This document shows, in pieces, positions 33,347-49,601 of a DNA stretch of 64,000 bases. How positions within the stretch are numbered: position 1 is the stretch's first letter; every line of letters starts with the position of its first letter. The notes beneath the pieces were generated by a model. That model saw nothing but the letters and a program-made list of their open reading frames with translations, did not search any database and was not told the origin of the DNA. The stretch comes from Eledone cirrhosa (Eukaryota), in assembly GCA_964016885.1 (NCBI GenBank), contig OZ024740.1, forward strand, positions 6,014,001 to 6,078,000, in the 5' to 3' direction. Made by a program: the position numbers and the translations under genes.

Positions 33347-34275
33347 TACATAACTCCACTGCACATACCTCCACTGTACATACCTCCACTTCACATATCT
33401 CCACTGCACATACCTCCACTGTACATACCTCTACTGTACATACCTCCACTACACATACCTCCACTCTACATACCTCCACTGCACATAGATAACAGTACTG
33501 TATATACCTCCACTGTACATACCTCCACTGCACATATATAACAGCACTGTACATACCTCCACTGCACATACCTCCCCTCCACATACCTCCACTGTACATA
33601 CCTCCACTGCACATACCTCCACAGCACATACCACCACTGCACATACCTCCACTGCACATAGCTCCACTGCACATAAATCCACTGTACATACCTCCACTGC
33701 ACATACCTCCACTGTACATACCTCCACTGCACATCCATACCTCCACTGCACATACCTCCACCGCACATCCATACCTCCACTGCACATACCTCCACTGTAC
33801 ATACCTCTACTGTACATACCTCCACTGCACATACCTCCACTGTACATACCTCCACTGCACATAGATAACAACACTGTACATACCTCCACTGCACATAGAT
33901 AACAGCACTGTACATACCTCCACTGCACATACCTCCCCTCCACATACCTCCACTGCACATACCTCCACTGCACATAGCTCCACTGCACATAAATCCACTG
34001 TACATACCTCCACTGCACATACCTCCCCTGCACATACCTCCACTGTACATACCTCCACTGCACATACCTCCACTGCACATACCTCCACTGCACATATCTC
34101 CACTATACATACCTCCACTGCACATATCTCCACTGTACATACCTCCACTGCACATCCATACCTCCACTGCACATACCTCCACTGTAGATACCTCCACTGT
34201 ACATACCTCCACTGTACATATCTCCACTGCACATACCTCCACTGCTCATACCTCCACTGTACATACCTCCAATGC

Positions 34276-34943
34276 ACATACCTCCACTGTACATACCCCC
34301 ACTGCACATACCTCCATTGCACATACCTCCACTGTATATATCTCGACTGTACATACCTCCACTGTACATACACCCACTATACATACCTCCACTGCACATA
34401 CCTCCACTGCACATACATACCTCCACTGTACATACCTCCACTGCACATACCTCAACTGCACTTACCTCCACTGCACATACATCCACTGTACATACCTCCA
34501 CTGCACATACCTCCACTGCACATATCTCCACTGCACATACTTCCACTGCACATATCTCCTGTATACATACCTCCACTGTACATAACTCCACTGCACATAC
34601 CTACAGTGTACATACCTCCACTGTACATACCCCCACTGCACATACCTCCATTGCACATACCTCCACTGTATATATCTCGACTGTACATACCTCCACTGTA
34701 CATACACCCACTATACATACCTCCACTGCACATACCTCCACTGCACATACATACCTCCACTGTACATACCTCCACTGCACATACCTCAACTGCACTTACC
34801 TCCACTGCACATACATCCACTGTACATACCTCCACTGCACATACCTCCACTGCACATATCTCCACTGCACATACTTCCACTGCACATATCTCCTGTATAC
34901 ATACCTCCACTGTACATACTTCCACTGCACATACCTACAGTGT
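34276..34943. repeat. 334-bp local tandem duplication (2 copies)
   Basis: The private variant tgtatatatctcgactg is at ~34334 and ~34668. ORF offsets are 34272/34606 and 34452/34786. Confidence 0.85.
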
Positions 34944-35475
34944 ACATACCTCCACTGTACATACCACCACTGCTCATACCTCCACTGTACGTAGCTCCAC
35001 TGCACATCCATACCTCCACTGCACATACCTCCACTGTAGATACCTCCACTGCACATACCTCCACTGCACATACCTCCACTGTACATACCTCCACTTTACA
35101 TACCTCCACTGCACATACCTCCACTGTACATAACACTACTGACATACCTCCATTGCACATACCTCCACGGTACATACCTCCATTGCACATACCTCCACTG
35201 TACATACCTCCACTGCACATACATACATCCACTGTAGATACCTCCACTGTACATACCTCCACTGCACATACATCCACTGTACACACCTCTACTGTACATA
35301 CCTCCACTGTACATACCTCCACTGTACATATCTCCACTGCACATACCTCCACTGCTCATACCTCCACTGTACATACCTCCAATGCACATACCTCCATTGC
35401 ACATACCTCCACTGTACATATCTCCAATGTACATACCTCCACTGTACATACACCCACTATACATACCTCCACTGC

Positions 35476-36547
35476 ACATACCTCCACTGCACATACATAC
35501 CTCCACTGTACATACCTCCACTGCACATACCTCAACTGCACTTACCTCCACTGCACATACATACCTCAATTGTCCATACCTCCACTGCACGTACCTCCAC
35601 TGTACATATCTCCACTGTACATACCTCCAATGTACATACCTCCACTGTACATACCTCCACTGCACATACCTCCACTGTAGATAACTCTACTGTACAAACC
35701 TCCATTGCACTTACCTCAACGGTACATACCTCCATTGCACATACCTCCACTGTACATACCTCCACTGCACATACATACCTCCACTGTACATACCTCCACT
35801 GTACATACCTCCACTGCAGATACATCCATTTACACACCTCCACTGCACATACCTCCACTGTACATACCTCCACTGCACATACCTCCACTGCACATACCTC
35901 CACTGCACATAGATACCTGCACTGTACATACCTCCACTGTACATACCTCCACTGCACATACCTCCACGGTATATACCTCCACTGCACATACATACCACCA
36001 CTGCACATACCTCCACTGCACATACATACCTCCACTGTACATACCTCCACTGCACATACCTCAACTGCACTTACCTCCACTGCACATACATACCTCAATT
36101 GTCCATACCTCCACTGCACGTACCTCCACTGTACATATCTCCACTGTACATACCTCCAATGTACATACCTCCACTGTACATACCTCCACTGCACATACCT
36201 CCACTGTAGATAACTCTACTGTACAAACCTCCATTGCACATACCTCAACGGTACATACCTCCATTGCACATACCTCCACTGTACATACCTCCACTGCACA
36301 TACATACCTCCACTGTACATACCTCCACTGTACATACCTCCACTGCAGATACATCCATTTACACACCTCCACTGCACATACCTCCACTGTACATACCTCC
36401 ACTGCACATACCTCCACTGCACATACCTCCACTGCACATAGATACCTGCACTGTACATACCTCCACTGTACATACCTCCACTGCACATACCTCCACGGTA
36501 TATACCTCCACTGCACATACATACCACCACTGCACATACCTCCACTG
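35476..36547. repeat. Second instance of the 529-bp duplication, carried by a 3,201-bp-offset larger duplication
   Basis: ORF pairs 32331/35532, 32504/35705 and 32860/36061 are all offset by 3201; tacgtagc is at 31787 and 34988. Confidence 0.85.
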
Positions 36548-39500
36548 TACATAACTCCACTGCACATACCTCCACTGTACATACCTCCACTTCACATATC
36601 TCCACTGCACATCCCTCCACTGTACATACCTCTACTGTACATACCTCCACTACACATACCTCCACTCTACATACCTCCACTGCACATAGATAACAGTACT
36701 GTATATACCTCCACTGTACATACCTCCACTGCACATATATAACAGCACTGTACATACCTCCACTGCACATACCTCCCCTCCACATACCTCCACTGTACAT
36801 ACCTCCACTGCACATACCTCCACAGCACATACCACCACTGCACATACCTCCACTGCACATAGCTCCACTGCACATAAATCCACTGTACATACCTCCACTG
36901 CACATACCTCCACTGTACATACCTCCACTGCACATCCATACCTCCACTGCACATACCTCCACCGCACATCCATACCTCCACTGCACATACCTCCACTGTA
37001 CATACCTCTACTGTACATACCTCCACTGCACATACCTCCACTGTACATACCTCCACTGCACATAGATAACAGCACTGTACATACTCCACTGCACATAGAT
37101 AACAGCACTGTACATACCTCCACTGCACATACCTCCCCTCCACATACCTCCACTGCACATACCTCCACTGCACATAGCTCCACTGCACATAAATCCACTG
37201 TACATACCTCCACTGCACATACCTCCCCTGCACATACCTCCACTGTACATACCTCCACTGCACATACCTCCACTGCACATACCTCCACTGCACATATCTC
37301 CACTATACATACCTCCACTGCACATATCTCCACTGTACATACCTCCACTGCACATCCATACCTCCACTGCACATACCTCCACTGTAGATACCTCCACTGT
37401 ACATACCTCCACTGTACATACCTCCACTGCACAGACCTCTACTGTACATACCTCCACTGCACATCCATACCTCCACTGCACATACATCCACTGTACATAC
37501 CTCCACTGCACATACCTCCACTGCATATATCTCCACTGTACATACCTCCACTGCACATACCTCCCCAGCACATACCTCCACTGTACATACCTCCACTGCA
37601 CATACCTCCACAGCACATACCTCCACTGCTCATACCTCCACTGCACATACCTCCACTGCACATACATCCACCGTACATACCTCCACAGCACATACCTCCA
37701 CTGCACATACCTCCACTACACATACCTCCACAGCACATACCTCCACTGCACATACCTCCACTGCACATACCTCCACTGCACATACATCCACTGTACATAC
37801 CTCCACTGCACATACCTCCACTGCACATATCTCCACTGCACATACTTCCACTGCACATATCTCCTGTATACATACCTCCACTGTACATAACTCCACTGCA
37901 CATACTTCCACTGCACATACCTACAGTGTACATACCTCCACTGTACATACCACCACTGCTCATAACTCCACTGTACGTAGCTCCACTGCACATCCATACC
38001 TCCACTGCACATACCTCCACTGTAGATACCTCCACTGCACATACCTCCACTGCACATACCTCCACTGTACATACCTCCACTTTACATACCTCCACTGCAC
38101 ATACCTCCACTGTACATAACACTACTGACATACCTCCATTGCACATACCTCCACGGTACATACCTCCATTGCACATACCTCCACTGTACATACCTCCACT
38201 GCACATACATACATACACTGTAGATACCTCCACTGTACATACCTCCACTGCACATACATCCACTGTACACACCTCTACTGTACATACCTCCACTGTACAT
38301 ACCTCCACTGTACATATCTCCACTGCACATACCTCCACTGCTCATACCTCCACTGTACATACCTCCAATGCACATACCTCCATTGCACATACCTCCACTG
38401 TACATATCTCCAATGTACATACCTCCACTGTACATACACCCACTATACATACCTCCACTGCACATACCTCCACTGCACATACATACCTCCACTGTACATA
38501 CCTCCACTGCACATACCTCAACTGCACTTACCTCCACTGCACATACATACCTCAATTGTCCATACCTCCACTGCACGTACCTCCACTGTACATATCTCCA
38601 CTGTACATACCTCCAATGTACATACCTCCACTGTACATACCTCCACTGCACATACCTCCACTGTAGATAACTCTACTGTACAAACCTCCATTGCACTTAC
38701 CTCAACGGTACATACCTCCATTGCACATACCTCCACTGTACATACCTCCACTGCACATACATACCTCCACTGTACATACCTCCACTGTACATACCTCCAC
38801 TGCAGATACATCCATTTACACACCTCCACTGCACATACCTCCACTGTACATACCTCCACTGCACATACCTCCACTGCACATACCTCCACTGCACATAGAT
38901 ACCTGCACTGTACATACCTCCACTGTACATACCTCCACTGCACATACCTCCACGGTATATACCTCCACTGCACATACATACCACCACTGCACATACCTCC
39001 ACTGTACATAACTCCACTGCACATACCTCCACTGTACATACCTCCACTTCACATATCTCCACTGCACATACCTCCACTGTACATACCTCTATTGTACATA
39101 CCTCCACTACACATACCTCCACTCTACATACCTCCACTGCACATAGATAACAGTACTGTATATACCTCCACTGTACATACCTCCACTGCACATATATAAC
39201 AGCACTGTACATACCTCCACTGCACATACCTCCCCTCCACATACCTCCACTGTACATACCTCCACTGCACATACCTCCACAGCACATACCACCACTGCAC
39301 ATACCTCCACTGCACATAGCTCCACTGCACATAAATCCACTGTACATACCTCCACTGCACATACCTCCACTGTACATACCTCCACTGCACATCCATACCT
39401 CCACTGCACATACCTCCACCGCACATCCATACCTCCACTGCACATACCTCCACTGTACATACCTCTCCTGTACATACCTCTCCTGTACATACCTCCACTG

Positions 39501-40933
39501 CACATACCTCCACTGTACATACCTCCACTGCACATAGATAACAGCACTGTACATACCTCCACTGCACATAGATAACAGCACTGTACATACCTCCACTGCA
39601 CATACCTCCCCTCCACATACCTCCACTTCACATACCTCCACTGCACATAGCTCCACTGCACATAAATCCACTGTACATACCTCCACTGCACATACCTCCC
39701 CTGCACATACCTCCACTGCACATACCTCCACTGCACATATCTCCACTATACATACCTCCACTGCACATATCTCCACTGTACATACCTCCACTGCACATCC
39801 ATACCTCCACTGCACATACCTGCACTGTAGATACCTCCACTGTACATACCTCCACTGTACATACCTCCACTGCACAGACCTCTACTGTACATACCTCCAC
39901 TGCACATCCATACCTCCACTGCACATACATCCACTGTACATACCTCCACTGCACATACCTCCACTGCATATATCTCCACTGTACATACCTCCACTGCACA
40001 TACCTCCCCAGCACATACCTCCACTGTACATACCTCCACTGCACATACCTCCACAGCACATACCTCCACTGCTCATACCTCCACTGCACATACCTCCACT
40101 GCACATACATCCACCGTACATACCTCCACAGCACATACCTCCACTGCACATACCTCCACTACACATACCTCCACAGCACATACCTCCACTGCACATACCT
40201 CCACTGCATATACCTCCACTGCACATACATCCACTGTACATACCTCCACTGCACATACCTCCACTGAACATATCTCCACTGCACATACTTCCACTGCACA
40301 TATCTCCTGTATACATACCTCCACTGTACATAACTCCACTGCACATACTTCCACTGCACATACCTACAGTGTACATACCTCCACTGTACATACCACCACT
40401 GCTCATACCTCCACTGTACGTAGCTCCACTGCACATCCATACCTCCACTGCACATACCTCCACTGTAGATACCTCCACTTTACATACCTCCACTGCACAT
40501 ACCTCCACTGTACATAACACTACTGTACATACCTCCATTGCACATACCTCCACGGTACATACCTCCATTGCACATACCTCCACTATACATACCTCCACTG
40601 CACATACATACCTCCACTGTACATACCTCCACTGTACATACCTCCACTGCACATACATCCACTGTACACACCTCTACTGTACATAACTCCACTGTACATA
40701 CCTCCACTGCACATACCTCCACTGCACATAGCTCCACTGCACATACCTCCACTGCACATACCTCCACTGTACATACCTCCAATGCACATACCTCCACTGT
40801 ACATACCCCCACTGCACATACCTCCATTCCACATACCTCCACTGTACATATCTCCACTGTACATACCTCCACTGTACATACACCCACTATACATACCTCC
40901 ACTGTACATACCTCCACTGCACATACATACCTC

Positions 40934-43900
40934 CACTGTACATACCTCCACTGCACATACCTCAACTGCACATACCTCCACTGCACATACATACCTCCAT
41001 TGTCCATACCTCCACTGCACATATCTCCACTGTACATAACTCTACTGTACAAACCTCCATTGCACATACCTCCACGGTACATACCTCCATTGCACATACC
41101 TCCACTGTACATACCTCCACTGCACATACATACCTCCACTGTACATACCTCAATGTACATACCTCCACTGCAGATACATCCACTTACACACCTCCACTGC
41201 ACATACCTCTACTGTACATACCTCCACTGCACATACCTCCACTGTACATACCTACACTGTACATACCTCCACTGCACATACCTCTACTGTACATACCTCC
41301 ACTGCACATAGATACCTGCACTGTACATACCTCCACTGTACATACCTCCACTGCACATACCTCCACGGTATATACCTCCACTGCACATACATACCACCAC
41401 TGCACATACCTCCACTGTAGATAACTCCACTGCACATACCTCCACTGTACATACCTCCACTGCACATAGCTCCACTGCACATACCTCCACTGTACATACC
41501 TCTACTGTACATACCTCCACTGCACATACCTCCACTGTACATACCTCCACTGCACATACCTCAACTGCACTTACCTCCACTGCACATACATACCTCAATT
41601 GTCCATACCTCCACTGCACGTACCTCCACTGTACATATCTCCACTGTACATACCTCCAATGTACATACCTCCACTGTACATACCTTCACTGCACATACCT
41701 CCACTGTAGATAACTCTACTGTACAAACCTCCATTGCACATACCTCAACGGTACATACCTCCATTGCACATACCTCCACTGTACATACCTCCACTGCACA
41801 TACATACCTCCACTGTACATACCTCCACTGTACATACCTCCACTGCAGATACATCCATTTACACACCTCCACTGCACATACCTCCACTGTACATACCTCC
41901 ACTGCACATACCTCCACTGCACATACCTCCACTGCACATAGATACCTGCACTGTACATACCTCCACTGTACATACCTCCACTGCACATACCTCCACGGTA
42001 TATACCTCCACTGCACATACATACCACCACTGCACATACCTCCACTGTACATAACTCCACTGCACATACCTCCACTGTACATACCTCCACTTCACATATC
42101 TCCACTGCACATACCTCCACTGTACATACCTCTACTGTACATACCTCCACTACACATACCTCCACTCTACATACCTCCACTGCACATAGATAACAGTACT
42201 GTATATACCTCCACTGTACATACCTCCACTGCACATATATAACAGCACTGTACATACCTCCACTGCACATACCTCCCCTCCACATACCTCCACTGTACAT
42301 ACCTCCACTGCACATACCTCCACAGCACATACCACCACTGCACATACCTCCACTGCACATAGCTCCACTGCACATAAATCCACTGTACATACCTCCACTG
42401 CACATACCTCCACTGTACATACCTCCACTGCACATCCATACCTCCACTGCACATACCTCCACCGCACATCCATACCTCCACTGCACATACCTCCACTGTA
42501 CATACCTCTACTGTACATACCTCCGCTGCACATACCTCCACTGTACATACCTCCACTGCACATAGATAACAGCACTGTACATACCTCCACTGCACATACC
42601 TCCCCTCCACATACCTCCACTGCACATACCTCCACTGCACATAGCTCCACTGCACATAAATCCACTGTACATACCTCCACTGCACATACCTCCCCTGCAC
42701 ATACCTCCACTGTACATACCTCCACTGCACATACCTCCACTGCACATACCTCCACTGCACATATCTCCACTATACATACCTCCACTGCACATATCTCCAC
42801 TGTACATACCTCCACTGCACATCCATACCTCCACTGCACATACCTCCACTGTAGATACCTCCACTGTACATACCTCCACTGTACATACCTCCACTGCACA
42901 GACCTCTACTGTACATACCTCCACTGCACATCCATACCTCCACTGCACATACATCCACTGTACATACCTCCACTGCACATACCTCCACTGCATATATCTC
43001 CACTGTACATACCTCCACTGCACATACCTCCCCAGCACATACCACCACTGTACATACCTCCACTGCACATACCTCCACAGCACATACCTCCACTGCTCAT
43101 ACCTCCACTGCACATACCTCCACTGCACATACATCCACCGTACATACCTCCACAGCACATACCTCCAATGCACATACCTCCACTACACATACCTCCACAG
43201 CACATACCTCCACTGCACATACCTCCACTGCACATACCTCCACTGCACATACATCCACTGTACATACCTCCACTGCACATACCTCCACTGCACATATCTC
43301 CACTGCACATACTTCCACTGCACATATCTCCTGTATACATACCTCCACTGTACATAACTCCACTGCACATACTTCCACTGCACATACCTACAGTGTACAT
43401 ACCTCCACTGTACATACCACCACTGCTCATACCTCCACTGTACGTAGCTCCACTGCACATCCATACCTCCACTGCACATACCTCCACTGTAGATACCTCC
43501 ACTGCACATACCTCCACTGCACATACCTCCACTGTACATACCTCCACTTTACATACCTCCACTGCACATACCTCCACTGTACATAACACTACTGACATAC
43601 CTCCATGGCACATACCTCCACTGTACATACCTCCACTGCACATACATACATCCACTGTAGATACCTCCACTGTACATACCTCCACTGCACATACATCCAC
43701 TGTACACACCTCTACTGTACATACCTCCACTGTACATACCTCCACTGTACATATCTCCACTGCACATACCTCCACTGCTCATACCTCCACTGTACATACC
43801 TCCAATGCACATACCTCCACTGTACATACCCCCACTGCACATACCTCCATTGCACATACCTCCACTGTACATATCTCTACTGTACATACCTCCACTGTAC

Positions 43901-46900
43901 ATACACCCACTATACATACCTCCACTGCACATACCTCCACTGCACATACATACCTCCACTGTACATACCTCCACTGCACATACCTCAACTGCACTTACCT
44001 CCACTGCACATACATACCTCAATTGTCCATACCTCCACTGCACGTACCTCCACTGTACATATCTCCACTGTACATACCTCCAATGTACATACCTCCACTG
44101 TACATACCTCCACTGCACATACCTCCACTGTAGATAACTCTACTGTACAAACCTCCATTGCACATACCTCAACGGTACATACCTCCATTGCACATACCTC
44201 CACTGTACATACCTCCACTGCACATACATACCTCCACTGTACATACCTCCACTGTACATACCTCCACTGCAGATACATCCATTTACACACCTCCACTGCA
44301 CATACCTCCACTGTACATACCTCCACTGCACATACCTCCACTGCACATACCTCCACTGCACATAGATACCTGCACTGTACATACCTCCACTGTACATACC
44401 TCCACTGCACATACCTCCACGGTATATACCTCCACTGCACATACATACCACCACTGCACATACCTCCACTGTACATAACTCCACTGCACATACCTCCACT
44501 GTACATACCTCCACTTCACATATCTCCACTGCACATACCTCCACTGTACATACCTCTACTGTACATACCTCCACTACACATACCTCCACTCTACATACCT
44601 CCACTGCACATAGATAACAGTACTGTATATACCTCCACTGTACATACCTCCACTGCACATATATAACAGCACTGTACATACCTCCACTGCACATACCTCC
44701 CCTCCACATACCTCCACTGTACATACCTCCACTGCACATACCTCCACAGCACATACCACCACTGCACATACCTCCACTGGACATAGCTCCACTGCACATA
44801 AATCCACTGTACATACCTCCACTGCACATACCTCCACTGTACATACCTCCACTGCACATCCATACCTCCACTGCACATACCTCCACCGCACATCCATACC
44901 TCCACTGCACATACCTCCACCGTACATACCTCTACTGTACATACCTCCACTGCACATACCTCCACTGTACATACCTCCACTGCACATAGACAACAGCACT
45001 GTACATACCTCCACTGCATATAGATAACAGCACTGTACATACCTCCACTGCACATACCTCCCCTCCACATACCTCCACTGCACATACCTCCACTGAACAT
45101 AGCTCCACTGCACATAAATCCACTGTACATACCTCCACTGCACATACCTCCCCTGCACATACCTCCACTGTACATACCTCCACTGCACATACCTCCACTG
45201 CACATACCTCCACTGCACATATCTCCACTATACATACCTCCACTGCACATATCTCCACTGTACATACCTCCACTGCACATCCATACCTCCACTGCACATA
45301 CCTCCACTGTAGATACCTCCACTGTACATACCTCCACTGTACATACCTCCACTGCACAGACCTCTACTGTACATACCTCCACTGCACATCCATACCTCCA
45401 CTGCACATACATCCACTGTACATACCTCCACTGCACATACCTCCACTGCATATATCTCCACTGTACATACCTCCACTGCACATACCTCCCCAGCACATAC
45501 CTCCACTGTACATACCTCCACTGCACATACCTCCACAGCACATACCTCCACTGCTCATACCTCCACTGCACATACCTCCACTGCACATACATCCACCGTA
45601 CATACCTCCACAGCACATACCTCCACTGCACATACCTCCACTACACATACCTCCACAGCACATACCTCCACTGCACATACCTCCACTGCACATACCTCCA
45701 CTGCACATACATCCACTGTACATACCTCCACTGCACATACCTCCACTGCACATATCTCCACTGCACATACTTCCACTGCACATATCTCCTGTATACATAC
45801 CTCCACTGTACATAACTCCACTGCACATACTTCCACTGCACATACCTACAGTGTACATACCTCCACTGTACATACCACCACTGCTCATACCTCCACTGTA
45901 CGTAGCTCCACTGCACATCCATACCTCCACTGCACATACCTCCACTGTAGATACCTCCTCTGCACATACCTCCACTGCACATACCTCCACTGTACATACC
46001 TCCACTTTACATACCTCCACTGCACATACCTCCACTGTACATAACACTACTGTACATACCTCCATTGCACATACCTCCACGGTACATACCTCCATTGCAC
46101 ATACCTCCACTATACATACCTCCACTGCACATACATACCTCCACTGTACATACCTCCACTGTACATACCTCCACTGCACATACATCCACTGTACACACCT
46201 CTACTGTACATAACTCCACTGTACATACCTCCACTGCACATACCTCCACTGCACATAGCTCCACTGCACATACCTCCACTGCACATACCTCCACTGTACA
46301 TACCTCCAATGCACATACCTCCACTGTACATACCCCCACTGCACATACCTCCATTCCACATACCTCCACTGTACATATCTCCACTGTACATACCTCCACT
46401 GTACATACACCCACTATACATACCTCCACTGCACATACCTCCACTGCACATACATACCTCCACTGTACATACCTCCACTGCACATACCTCAACTGCACAT
46501 ACCTCCACTGCACATACATACCTCCATTGTCCATACCTCCACTGCACATATCTCCACTGTACATAACTCTACTGTACAAACCTCCATTGCACATACCTCC
46601 ACGGTACATACCTCCATTGCACATACCTCCACTGTACATACCTCCACTGCACATACATACCTCCACTGTACATACCTCAATGTACATACCTCCACTGCAG
46701 ATACATCCACTTACACACCTCCACTGCACATACCTCTACTGTACATACCTCCACTGCACATACCTCCACTGTACATACCTCCACTGTACATACCTCCACT
46801 GTACATACCTCTACTGTACATACCTCCACTGCACATAGATACCTGCACTGTACATACCTCCACTGTACATACCTCCACTGCACATACCTCCACGGTATAT

Positions 46901-49601
46901 ACCTCCACTGCACATACATACCACCACTGCACATACCTCCACTGTAGATAACTCCACTGCACATACCTCCACTGTACATACCTCCACTGCACATAGCTCC
47001 ACTGCACATACCTCCACTGTACTTACCTCTACTGTACATACCTCCACTGCACATACCTCCACTCTACATACCTCCACTGCACATAGATAACAGTACTGTA
47101 CATACCTCCACTGTACATACCTCCACTGCACATAGATAACAGCACTGTACATACCTCCCCTCCACATACCTCCACTGTACATACCTCCACTGCACATACC
47201 TCCACAGCACATACCACCACTGCACATACCTCCACTGCACATAGCTCCACTGCACATAAATCCACTGTACATACCTCCACTACACATACCTCCACTGTAC
47301 ATACCTCCACTGCACATCCATACCTCCACTGCACATACCTCCACTGCACATCCATACCTCCACTGCACATACCTCCACTGTACATACCTCCACTGCACAT
47401 ACCTCCACTGTACATACCTCCACTGCACATAGATAACAGCACTGTACATACCTCCACTGCACATCCATACCTCCACTGCACATACATCACTGTACATACC
47501 TCCACTGCACATACCTCCACTGCATATATCTCCACTGTACATACCTCCACTGCACATACCTCCCCAGCACATACCTCCACTGTACATACCTCCACTGCAC
47601 ATACCTCCACAGCACATACCTCCACTGCTCATACCTCCACTGCACATACCTCCACTGCACATACATCCACCGTACATACCTCCACAGCACATACCTCCAC
47701 TGCACATACCTCCACTGCACATACCTCCACAGCACATACCTCCACTGCACATACCTCCACTGCACATACCTCCACTGCACATACATCCACTGTACATACC
47801 TCCACTGCACATACCGCCACTGCACATATCTCCACTGCACATACGTCCACTGCACATATCTCCTGTATACATACCTCCACTGTACATAACTCCACTGCAC
47901 ATACTTCCACTGCACATACCTACAGTGTACATACCTCCACTGTACATACGACCACTGCTCATACCTCCACTGTACGTAGCTCCACTGCACATCCATACCT
48001 CCACTGCACATACCTCCACTGTAGATACCTCCACTGCACATACCTCCACTGCACATACCTCCACTGTACATACCTCCACTTTACATACCTCCAATGCACA
48101 TACCTCCACTGTACATAACACTACTGTACATACCTCCATTGCACATACCTCCACGGTACATAACTCCATTGCACATACCTCCACTGTACATATCTCCACT
48201 GCACATACATACCTCCACTGTACATACCTCCACTGTACATACCTCCACTGCACATACATCCACTGTACACACCTCTACTGTACATACCTCCACTGTACAT
48301 ACCTCCACTGTACATACCTCCACTGTACATACCTCCACTGCACATACCTCCACTGTACATACCTCCACTATACATAAATACCTGCACTGTACATACCTCC
48401 ACTGCACATACCTCCACTGCAAATACCTCCAGTGTATATACCTCCACTGCACATACATACCGCCACTGCACATACCTCCACTGTACATACCTCCACTGCA
48501 CATACCTCCACTGTACATACCTCCACTGCACATAGCCCCACTGCACATACCTCCACTGTACATACCTCTACTGTACATACCTCCACTGCACATACCTCCA
48601 CTGAACATACCTCCACTGCACATACCTCCACTGTACATACCTCCACTGTACATACCTCCACTGCACATACCTCCACTACACATAAATCCACTGTACATAC
48701 CTCCACTACACATACCTCCACTGTACATACCTCCACTGCACATCCATACCTCCACTGCACATACCTCCACTGCACATCCATACCTCCACTGCACATACCT
48801 CCACTGTACATACCTCTACTGTACATACCTCCATTGCACATAACTCCACTGTACATACCTCCACTGCACATAGATAACAGCACTGTACATACCTCCACTG
48901 CACATAGATAACAGCACTGTACATACCTCCACTGCACATACCTTCCCTCCACATACCTCCACTGTACATACCTCCACTGCACATACCTCCACAGCACATA
49001 CCTCCACTGCACATACCTCCACTGCACAGAGCTCCACTGCACATAAATCCACTGTACATACCTCCACTGCACATACCTCCCCTGCACATACCTCCACTGT
49101 ACATACCTCCACTGCATATACCTCCACTGCACATACCACCCGTGCACATATCTCCACTATTCATACCTCCACAACACATACCTCCACTGTACATACCTCC
49201 ACTGCACATCCATACCTCCACTGCACATACCTCCACTGTAGATACCTCCACTGCACATACCTCCACTGCACATACCTCCACTGTACATACCTCCACTTTA
49301 CATACCTCCAATGCACATACCTCCACTGTACATAACACTACTGTACATACCTCCATTGCACATACCTCCACGGTACATAACTCCATTGCACATACCTCCA
49401 CTGTACATATCTCCACTGCACATACATACCTCCACTGTACATACCTCCACTGTACATACCTCCACTGCACATACATCCACTGTACACACCTCTACTGTAC
49501 ATACCTCCACTGTACATACCTCCACTGTACATACCTCCACTGTACATACCTCCACTGCACATACCTCCACTGTACATACCTCCACTATACATAAATACCT
49601 G
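40934..49601. repeat. 8,668-bp tandem duplication, copy 1
   Basis: A constant 8668 offset holds for matching ORFs from 40962/49630 through 43168/51836 and 46811/55479 to 49142/57810. The junction is traced to cactgtacatacc at 40934/49602. Confidence 0.92.
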
